From NCBI GenBank assembly GCA_016182875.1, contig JACPFQ010000004.1:183556-247555 (forward strand): 64,000 bases of DNA, given 5' to 3'. The position numbers and the translations under genes were made by a program. The notes under the pieces are model-generated. The model was not told the DNA's origin and searched no databases. It worked only from the letters and a program-made list of their open reading frames with translations. This document shows, in pieces, positions 56,976-64,000 of this stretch. Each line of letters opens with the position of its first letter. Position 1 is the stretch's first letter. Source of the DNA: Candidatus Doudnabacteria bacterium (GTDB lineage Bacteria; Patescibacteriota; Doudnabacteria; UBA920; O2-02-FULL-48-8).

Positions 56976-58043
56976 GGTTTTGACGAGATTATTTCTGTTG
57001 AGAATCTGCTCTTGGCTTGGCAAGAGTTTATCCGCGGCAAGAGGAATAAGCCGGATGTCCAACTCTTTGCTCACGCTTTGATTGATAATATTTTACAGCT
57101 TCACAATGATTTAGCCAACAAGACTTATCGGCACGGCGGATATTACCAGTTTAAGATTTCCGATCCCAAGCCGCGGGATATCAGCAAAGCCTCGGTTCGC
57201 GATAGGCTTTTGCATCATGCGATATATCGAATCCTGTATCCATTCTTTGACCGGACATTTATCGCTGATTCTTTTTCCTGCCGGGTTGATAAAGGCACGC
57301 ACAAGGCGGTCAACCGATTGCTGGCAATGTTCAGAAAAGCAAGCAAGAACAATACCCGCACATGCTGGGTTCTCAAATGCGACATCAGGAAGTTCTTTGC
57401 CAGCATAGATCATGATGTTTTGAAAAATATTTTAGCTAGACATGTTCCTGACATAGATATGCTTTGGCTTCTAGGGAATATTATTGATAGCTTTGGGTCA
57501 GATTGCTTCGTCGGCCGCCAGACTAAACCCCGGCCAGAAAACCGGCCTCCTCGCAATGACATTAAATCTGTCTTTGCGAGCGAAGCGAAGCAATCTCATA
57601 ACCAGGGTCTTCCCTTAGGCAACCTAACCTCCCAGCTCTTCGTCAACATATATATGAACGAGTTTGACCAGTTTGTGAAGCATAAACTCAAGGTTAAGCA
57701 TTATATACGCTATGCCGATGATTTTATAATTCTATCTCCAAGCGAAGAGGAACTCACTGCAATACTGTCACGTATTGCAGTACTCCTCAAGCAAGAGCTT
57801 AAACTGCGGCTTCATCCACATAAAGTCACTCTTAAAACCTTTGCTTCAGGCATTGATTTTTTAGGGTGGGTTAATTTTCCCCATCATAGAGTGCTACGCA
57901 CAGCCACGAAAAAACGGATGCTTAAGCGTATCCGTGTAAATTCAACCAATGAAACCTTGCAATCTTATTTAGGACTTTTAAAGCACGGGAATACTTTTCA
58001 AAAAATTTTCGCCAGCCCGCAGCAATGGCCGCGGGGAAGTTGA
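56967..58043 (+). CDS. DGR reverse transcriptase
   Basis: DPKPRDI..ASVRDRLLHHA, DSFSCR..KGTH, LKCDIRKFFASIDH, GLPLGNLTSQ, YIRYADD, GIDFLGW; adjacent to TR and avd. Confidence 0.95.
   Translation: MAHGFDEIISVENLLLAWQEFIRGKRNKPDVQLFAHALIDNILQLHNDLANKTYRHGGYYQFKISDPKPRDISKASVRDRLLHHAIYRILYPFFDRTFIADSFSCRVDKGTHKAVNRLLAMFRKASKNNTRTCWVLKCDIRKFFASIDHDVLKNILARHVPDIDMLWLLGNIIDSFGSDCFVGRQTKPRPENRPPRNDIKSVFASEAKQSHNQGLPLGNLTSQLFVNIYMNEFDQFVKHKLKVKHYIRYADDFIILSPSEEELTAILSRIAVLLKQELKLRLHPHKVTLKTFASGIDFLGWVNFPHHRVLRTATKKRMLKRIRVNSTNETLQSYLGLLKHGNTFQKIFASPQQWPRGS
57500..57596. repeat. palindromic element inserted in frame in the RT
   Basis: AGATTGCTTCG...CTCGCAATGAC..GTCTTTGCGAG...CGAAGCAATCT; encodes DCFVGR...PPRND..SVFASEAKQS. 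Confidence 0.85.
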
Positions 58044-59247
58044 CCGTAAGCTTGAAGGTTGGCGGTTTGGTTCCTGTCTGCTTTAAATTATAGACTTTTG
58101 GCTCCCGTTGGTCGTCCATTTTGCCCGGCGGATGTTCTGAAAGAATATCATCCAAAAATTTATCGAGGCTTTCAACTCCAATTTCACGTGAGGTGCTTTG
58201 GAAGCTTTTGGCAGCCAAATCCAAAATCAGCTCGAGATTGAGTTTGGTCTTGGCCGAAGCAAAGACCACAGGCAAAAACCATGCCTGAGGGAAGTAATCA
58301 GGCAAGATATTTAAAAGTTTGTCCCGCTCGCCCTCCCCCACCAGGTCAATTTTATTGAGAACGATCACAGCAGGCTTGTTGTGTTCGGCAATTTGCTGGG
58401 CCACGACTTGGTCAGCGACCGTAATTTCGCCGGCAGCGTCCAGGACGAACAGCGCGACGTCGGTCTGCGAAAGAACTCGCAGGGACTGGAAGGCGCTGGC
58501 CGTTTCCACGTCCGAGTCCTGCTTCCATTTTTTTTTGATTCCGGCCGTATCGATCAGCGTGAATTTATTTTGCTCATAGTCAAATGGAATGTCCACTGAA
58601 GATCGGGTCGTGCCGGCCTTGTCATGGACCAGCAGGCGCTCCTGTTTGAGCAGGGCGTTGATGAGGGAGGACTTGCCGACGTTGGGTTTTCCGACGAAAG
58701 CAATTTTAATCCGTTCTTCCTCTTCTAACTGGCGCACCGGAAATTTATCATTTAGTATTTTAACTATTTCATCCAATAAGTCGCCGATCCCGGCGCCATT
58801 GATGGAGGAGATTAAAAACGGCTTGTTGAGCCCCAGTTTTAAATATTCAAAAGCCAAGGTTTCGGTTTTGACGTTTCTCGTTTCAATTTTATTTACGGCC
58901 AAGACCACAGGTTTTTTTTGCTGCGAAAGCCTGCCGGCCACGGTAAAGTCTTTACTTCCGGGAGAAGTTCTGCCGTCAACCATAAGCAGAATCAGGTCAG
59001 CTTCTTCTTGAGCGATCTCGGTTTGTTTTTGGACATCCCGCTCCAGATCCGAGCCGGGTCTGGCGACGCCCGCAGTGTCGATAAGATAAAAACTCCGTCC
59101 GCTCCAGGAAGTTAGGCCGAAATGCCGGTCTCGGGTGGTGCCCGCTTCCGGATAGATTAGAGCCTTTCGGACTCCCAGGATTTTATTAAAAAATGTCGAC
59201 TTGCCGACGTTGGGAAGGCCAATTATGGCAACGAGCGGAGTATTCAT
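57922..59247 (-). CDS. der: ribosome biogenesis GTPase Der (EngA) with an aberrant C-terminus
   Basis: Two G-domains (GLPNVGKS/DTAG/NKIE and GKPNVGKS/DTAG/NKID), KH-like PPTF; the last ~25 codons overlap the RT. Confidence 0.93.
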   Translation of the reverse strand: MNTPLVAIIGLPNVGKSTFFNKILGVRKALIYPEAGTTRDRHFGLTSWSGRSFYLIDTAGVARPGSDLERDVQKQTEIAQEEADLILLMVDGRTSPGSKDFTVAGRLSQQKKPVVLAVNKIETRNVKTETLAFEYLKLGLNKPFLISSINGAGIGDLLDEIVKILNDKFPVRQLEEEERIKIAFVGKPNVGKSSLINALLKQERLLVHDKAGTTRSSVDIPFDYEQNKFTLIDTAGIKKKWKQDSDVETASAFQSLRVLSQTDVALFVLDAAGEITVADQVVAQQIAEHNKPAVIVLNKIDLVGEGERDKLLNILPDYFPQAWFLPVVFASAKTKLNLELILDLAAKSFQSTSREIGVESLDKFLDDILSEHPPGKMDDQREPKVYNLKQTGTKPPTFKLTVNFPAAIAAGWRKFFEKYSRALKVLNKIARFHWLNLHGYA

Positions 59248-59265
59248 TAGAAATTTAGAATTAAG

Positions 59266-59323
59266 AATTTTGAATTTTGATTCAAATTCGAATTTAAGAA
59301 ATTAGAATATTCATTCGAAATTC
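59266..59323. repeat. 58-bp AT-rich repeat identical to 7822-7879
   Basis: Exact match by eye. Confidence 0.85.
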
Positions 59324-59344
59324 AAAACTCAGAATTTAAAATTA

Positions 59345-60700
59345 CTACAATGCATCCTTCCCCAGAATAATCACAAAATCTGCGGTTGAATTGGTATAGG
59401 GAACGTCGGCGATGTTGAAATTAAAACTATTTTTAAGATAGTCGGCCATGTTGGGAAATTTTCCGCCTGAATTATCATATAATATGGTCCGCTCGTAAGG
59501 GACCCGGCTTTTGAATGTGGTAACTTTCGTGTTGGGGACTACTTTTAGAAGCTGGCCGAGGCCATCGAGGGCATAGGCGTTGCCCGTAGAATTTTGAATT
59601 TCTATGGTCGCGTTTTCTTTTTTCAGCTTGGCAGCCGTAAAAATATTTTCCAGATGTTCATGTACGTCCTGGTAGGTAATGCCTTCGCATGGCTGAATAA
59701 CGTAAGCCCTGGCGGTATAATCCTCTATGATTCCCTGGCAGATTAAGTTTCCATCAGGCTCGAGGGAAAAGGAATATATTTTTTCCGATTTTATGCCTTT
59801 TCCGATTTCGGCCAGCCGCTTCATTTCGTACGGCTCGAGGTTGGTCCGAAAGTGATCTGTAAAGTCGTTAAGAAGGTTGCTGATTTTTTTAAGGTCAATC
59901 AGATTTAGCTTGATGACTTTTTGAGCAAAGGCCGAAATGATTTTTTTCTGCCGTTCACTGCGGGCAAAATCCGAGCCTTCGCCGCTGCTCCCGTGCCGGG
60001 AGCGCGCAAATTGCAGCGCCCGCTTCCCATCCATGTGGTCAAAGCCTTCTTTGAAGCTTACTTCCGGCAGATATCCGTATGTTTCGTCAGGGTAGGTGGA
60101 ATCAGTAAAGCTCCGCTCGACGTAGACATCTAAGCCCCCGACATGATCAACCGCTTTGACAAAGCCTTTGAAGTCCACGACCGCAAAATATGGAATCTCC
60201 CAGCCGGTCAATTTTTCAACGGCTTTTATGGTTGCCTCTCCGCCCGTGCCGCTTCCAGCCTGTTCCGCAAAGGCGTAAGCAGAGTTAATTTTCCGAAAGC
60301 CCGCCGAAGGAAGGCCGACTATGAAGTCCCTCGGGATTGAGAGCAACACTGCTTCTTGGCTTTCAGGGTCAATTTGAGCCGCAATAATCGTGTCAGTCAG
60401 CAGCGGCCCGTCGTGCCCCTCTCCTCCCATCCCCAGGAGCAGAATGTTGACGCGGCCCTCATCTTCGCCGGCCAGTTGCTTATCGCCTCCTATCAGAAGT
60501 TTTCCAAACCGCACGAAAGGATTTTCTTGCCTGCTGAAGATCTGGTTCGTCTTTGACAGCAATTTGGTGGTACCCCAGGTCGCCGCGACAAACAAAATTA
60601 AAAGAAGCAGTAAAAAGAATCGCAGTTTCCTGCGCGGGTGTTTTATTTGAGGAGGCAAACGCCGCACTCCTGGGGTTGAAATTGCGTCAAAAGACCTCAT
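59345..60700 (-). CDS. LCP (LytR-CpsA-Psr) family cell-wall glycopolymer ligase with LytR_C tail
   Basis: VNILLLG, TDTII, LSIPRD, KINSAY, FARSRH, SDFARSERQ, ADFVIILGKD. Confidence 0.92.
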   Translation of the reverse strand: MRSFDAISTPGVRRLPPQIKHPRRKLRFFLLLLLILFVAATWGTTKLLSKTNQIFSRQENPFVRFGKLLIGGDKQLAGEDEGRVNILLLGMGGEGHDGPLLTDTIIAAQIDPESQEAVLLSIPRDFIVGLPSAGFRKINSAYAFAEQAGSGTGGEATIKAVEKLTGWEIPYFAVVDFKGFVKAVDHVGGLDVYVERSFTDSTYPDETYGYLPEVSFKEGFDHMDGKRALQFARSRHGSSGEGSDFARSERQKKIISAFAQKVIKLNLIDLKKISNLLNDFTDHFRTNLEPYEMKRLAEIGKGIKSEKIYSFSLEPDGNLICQGIIEDYTARAYVIQPCEGITYQDVHEHLENIFTAAKLKKENATIEIQNSTGNAYALDGLGQLLKVVPNTKVTTFKSRVPYERTILYDNSGGKFPNMADYLKNSFNFNIADVPYTNSTADFVIILGKDAL

Positions 60701-60844
60701 TGTTTAATAATTATAGCCTAAATAGGCATTTTTTGCTACGCCGACGCTGCGGTCGGCGCCCCGACCTTCGACGTTTCTGTCGGAGCGTCGGGGTTGAAAT
60801 GGCGTCGGCACTCTGGTAAACTAATAGGGCATTTTTAAATTTGA

Positions 60845-60921
60845 GGTCACTTAGCTCAGCTGGTTAGAGCGCGTCGTTCACATCGACGAGGCCGCTGGTT
60901 CGAGTCCAGCAGTGACCACCA
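60845..60921 (+). tRNA. tRNA-Val(CAC)
   Basis: GGTCACT...AGTGACC-ACCA acceptor, anticodon arm CGTCG-TTCACAT-CGACG, GGTTCGAGTCC T-arm. Confidence 0.95.
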
Positions 60922-60991
60922 CTGCTTCGCCAAGGCTTCGCAGTGCTAGCAGTGTCCTGCGTAGCTTTACGCGAAGCAGGACAGCATATTT

Positions 60992-61618
60992 ATGGACGAG
61001 TCTGAATCATCAAATAGCAATACAAGGAACTCTTCCGGCTTGAGCGGTATCTTTGTTTTCGTCTGGGACTTTTTGAAGGTGATTATCATCGCGCTCGCAA
61101 TCATTTTGCCGGTGCGTTATTTTTTATTCCAGCCTTTTATAGTTTCAGGTTCATCCATGGAGCCAAATTTTTCCCACGGCGAGTATTTAATCATTGACGA
61201 AATATCTTATCGGTTCCAAGATCCCACTCGCGGTGATGTGGTCGTGTTGCGCTTTCCCAAGGATCGCAAGCAATTTTTTATCAAACGGATTGTGGGCTTG
61301 CCAGGCGAAACAGTAACCATAGACAACGGCCGGGTGACAATCAAGAATAAGCAGCATCCTCAGGGTGAGGTTTTGGAAGAAAAGTATCTGCCAAACCAGG
61401 GGCTAACCTTCCCTCACAATACCTCACTGGTGGGCGGGAAAAAAAGCCTGACGCTGGGCGCGGATGAATATTTGGTTTTGGGAGACAACCGCTTGGCTTC
61501 TTCCGATTCGCGTGATTGGGGAATCCTGGAAAGAAAAGATATGATAGGGAAAGTTTTTATTCGCGTATTGCCGTTGACCGAGTTTGAGCATTTTAAGACC
61601 CCCGCTTATAGCTTTTAG
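60992..61618 (+). CDS. lepB: signal peptidase I
   Basis: VSGSSMEP (Ser), FIKRIVGLPGE (Lys), GDNRLASSDSR. Confidence 0.95.
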   Translation: MDESESSNSNTRNSSGLSGIFVFVWDFLKVIIIALAIILPVRYFLFQPFIVSGSSMEPNFSHGEYLIIDEISYRFQDPTRGDVVVLRFPKDRKQFFIKRIVGLPGETVTIDNGRVTIKNKQHPQGEVLEEKYLPNQGLTFPHNTSLVGGKKSLTLGADEYLVLGDNRLASSDSRDWGILERKDMIGKVFIRVLPLTEFEHFKTPAYSF

Positions 61619-61753
61619 ATTAAAAACAGAAAAAAATAGGTGCGCAGTCCGGTCGAATGACCGGACGAGTACGATTTTTTTCTGAGAGGAGTAATAAGTC
61701 GACCGAAGCACATTTTGCGAAGCAAAATTGCACAGGTTCGACCAATTACGACG

Positions 61754-63043
61754 ATGGGACGACCCAAAAAAGCCACACCGATTATTGAAAAAGCTCCGCC
61801 AAAAGTGGCCGGAGCCTTTGATGTATTGCCAGAGCAGCATCTGCCCTATGGCTTCTTTTTTGATAAGCTTAATAATTTGGCCCATACTTTCAGCTATTCA
61901 AAAATTGATACCCCGCTGATTGAAGACGCCCGCCTGTTTCGATTTTGGAAAAGCGCGTATCCCAAAGAAAATTTAATAGAAATCATGAGTGATGACGGCA
62001 AATCTTACCTGGCGGTTAAGCCCAGCAACTTGTTCAGTCTGGCCCGCGTTTACCTCGAGCATCATTATTTTGAAAAAGAACGAACCTGCAAATGGTTTTA
62101 TGCTTCACCCACGGCGCACTTTGGGGCAAACAAAGAGCTGCATCAAATCAACGAATGGGGGTTTCAGATTTTTGGCGAGACCTCAGCGATCGCCGATGTT
62201 CAGTTAATGAACCTGCTGCTGAAATTTTTTTCCGACCTCGGCCTGCCGCAGGTAGGCTTGGAAATCAATAATATCGGCTGCCTGGAATGCCTGCCCCCAT
62301 ATGCCGAAGTTTTGAAGAACTTTTTTAAAGATAAAAAATACGACCTTTGTGAAAATTGTCTTGAGGACTTGGAGCACAACCCGTTAAACATTCTGGCCTG
62401 CGACAACCTCTCCTGCACCACCGCCGCCACCGATGCGCCGGTGCTGGTCGATTATTTGTGCGAGGCCTGCCGCAAGCACTTCATCGGAGTGCTCGAGGGT
62501 CTGGATGAATTAAACATCGGATATAATCTCAATCAAAAGGTAATCGGCAAGCCATGGTCGAGAAGGACTGTATTTGAAATTCGCCACAAAACCCCTGACA
62601 ACCAGGAAATGGTTTTGGGATACGGCGGTCATGCGGACGATTTGATTCAAAGCCTCGGCGGCCCCCAGGTTTCCTCTTTAGGATTCGTTGGCTCACAAGA
62701 GCAGGCAATTTTGGCCCTGGAGCATACCAATAACAAATTCGCCACCAAAAGCAAAGTTGAAGTTTTCCTCGTGCCCTTGGGAGAGCTGGCCGCCAAGAAA
62801 TCTCTCAGATTATTCACGGAACTTTGGAACCATAATATCATCGCCTCCGAATTTATCGGCCCTGGTTCGATTAAAACCCAGCTGCGCCTGGCTGAATCAA
62901 ACAAGGTCAGCATCGCGTTAATCATCGGCCAGAAAGAAGCGCGCGAAGGAACGGTAATTTTGCGCGATGTGCCTTCCGGCATGCAGGAGCTGTTTACGGT
63001 GGAGAGGATCATTGAAGAAGTTAAGAAAAGGCTTGGAAAATAG
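61754..63043 (+). CDS. histidyl-tRNA synthetase-like paralog with degenerate catalytic motifs
   Basis: HisRS architecture (IDTPLIED, LEINNIGC..C, GYGGHADDLI..LGG, anticodon-binding tail), but it lacks RxERPQ and RGLDYY. Confidence 0.75.
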   Translation: MGRPKKATPIIEKAPPKVAGAFDVLPEQHLPYGFFFDKLNNLAHTFSYSKIDTPLIEDARLFRFWKSAYPKENLIEIMSDDGKSYLAVKPSNLFSLARVYLEHHYFEKERTCKWFYASPTAHFGANKELHQINEWGFQIFGETSAIADVQLMNLLLKFFSDLGLPQVGLEINNIGCLECLPPYAEVLKNFFKDKKYDLCENCLEDLEHNPLNILACDNLSCTTAATDAPVLVDYLCEACRKHFIGVLEGLDELNIGYNLNQKVIGKPWSRRTVFEIRHKTPDNQEMVLGYGGHADDLIQSLGGPQVSSLGFVGSQEQAILALEHTNNKFATKSKVEVFLVPLGELAAKKSLRLFTELWNHNIIASEFIGPGSIKTQLRLAESNKVSIALIIGQKEAREGTVILRDVPSGMQELFTVERIIEEVKKRLGK

Positions 63044-63161
63044 GCACGGAAACCAAACACCCCAACCATGCCGGGGTGTTTTTAAAATATTGTCACTTAT
63101 AGTATGTAGATGGATTTCGTTCAAAGATATATCATGTAGTCAATAAGTTACCAGACTTTAT

Positions 63162-63368
63162 ATGACCGACATCAAGAAACAACTAGGTCAGAGAATCAAA
63201 GAGCTCCGCCTGAAAGCACAATATTCTCAAGAAGAACTAGCGGCTAAAGCGGGCTTACACCGCACGTACATGAGCGATATAGAAAGAGGCGAGCGCAATG
63301 TCTCTGTTGAAAATATCGAAAAGATAGCTAAAGCACTGGGTGTTAAGTCTTCGGATTTACTGCCGTAA
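63162..63368 (+). CDS. XRE-family HTH, probable R-M controller (C) protein
   Basis: SQEELAAKAGLHRTYMSDIERGERNVS; immediately upstream of the endonuclease gene. Confidence 0.85.
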   Translation: MTDIKKQLGQRIKELRLKAQYSQEELAAKAGLHRTYMSDIERGERNVSVENIEKIAKALGVKSSDLLP

Positions 63369-63375
63369 CAATCGT

Positions 63376-64000
63376 ATGAAAAGATTTGATATAAAAACCG
63401 TTCTTGAAGAAGAGATCAATAAGATTGGCCTCGGCTGGGATATAAAAGGCGTTATTGATTCGCAAAAGCGAATTTACACCATCAATAATGACACCAAACT
63501 TATTTCCAAAGTTTTTGAATTAGTTACTACGCCAATAGTTTTAGACATTGCGGAAAAAAACAAACTTAAGCTTGTCGAATCGGACAGGCAAACAGTGTAT
63601 CCAGATTTTACTTTCATAATGTCGGACAAAACAAAAATTGCATTGGATATTAAAAGCACTTACCGGCGAAATGGTGACAGAGTAGCGGGCTTTACGCTTG
63701 GTTCCTATACGGCATATTTGAGGAATCCGACGAAAAATATAATGTTCCCATACCACGAATACAAGGAACACTGGATTTTAGGGTTTATTTATTCGCGAGC
63801 GGCAAACGTTAAAGCCGACATCGTTCCTATCACAAAATTGGACGATATTGTTCCGGTCATCAAGGACATAGAAATAATCGTACAGCCAAAGTATAAAATC
63901 GCTTCTGAAAGACCTGGAAGCGGCAACACCGCAAACATCGGTTCAATATCGGAAATTAAAAAACTTCAAGAGGGTGAAGGACCGTTTGCGAAATATGGCG
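63376..64000 (+). CDS. EcoRV-like type II restriction endonuclease (runs off the window; not in the ORF track)
   Basis: Open frame from ATG 63376: DTKLISKVFE, QTVYPDFT, KIALDIKSTYR, GFTLGSYTAY, GSGNTANIGS, all matching EcoRV-family motifs. Confidence 0.88.
   Translation, partial: MKRFDIKTVLEEEINKIGLGWDIKGVIDSQKRIYTINNDTKLISKVFELVTTPIVLDIAEKNKLKLVESDRQTVYPDFTFIMSDKTKIALDIKSTYRRNGDRVAGFTLGSYTAYLRNPTKNIMFPYHEYKEHWILGFIYSRAANVKADIVPITKLDDIVPVIKDIEIIVQPKYKIASERPGSGNTANIGSISEIKKLQEGEGPFAKYG

Noticed and set aside
56967-58043. RT as a group II intron, retron or CRISPR-associated RT
   Set aside because: It has no maturase/endonuclease domain, no msr-msd and no cas1. The adjacent TR/VR pair and Avd identify it as a DGR RT.
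1-64000. Prophage or alternative genetic code
   Set aside because: There are no capsid, terminase or tail genes. Conserved genes are full length under code 11, with TGA used as a stop (dnaK, secG).

Overview
This looks like a 64-kb chromosomal segment of a small-genome, single-membrane bacterium, most likely Patescibacteria/CPR. That call is an inference from gene content, protein style and the many intergenic palindromes. Most of the window is housekeeping: efp, rpsF-ssb-rpsR, ychF, trpS, rnj, secG, uvrC, uvrA, a CIRCE-controlled hrcA-grpE-hsp20-dnaK-dnaJ operon, dapA-dapB, rluB, ndh, topA, dprA, pth, der, lepB and three tRNAs. The main accessory system is a complete diversity-generating retroelement (DGR) at about 55.3-58.0 kb. 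Its target gene VR (55991-56104) and TR (56441-56554) differ at 16 of 114 positions, all TR adenines. The avd gene is antisense to the RT gene. A single G11 run (56934-56944) lies where their 5' ends overlap, and one extra G would put an upstream ATG in frame for both genes, which makes it a candidate phase-variable switch (or a homopolymer sequencing error). Other highlights are a lysine-codon leader-peptide attenuator ahead of dapA-dapB, two related attenuator-like leaders in a trpR-like/LOG cluster, and a 4.5-kb island in tRNA-Lys with a degenerate att site. The window also has a TonB C-terminal protein despite no evident outer membrane, a degenerate HisRS paralog, palindromes inserted in frame in several proteins, several abrupt truncations, and an EcoRV-like restriction locus at the right edge. 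All calls come from reading the sequence; no searches were run.
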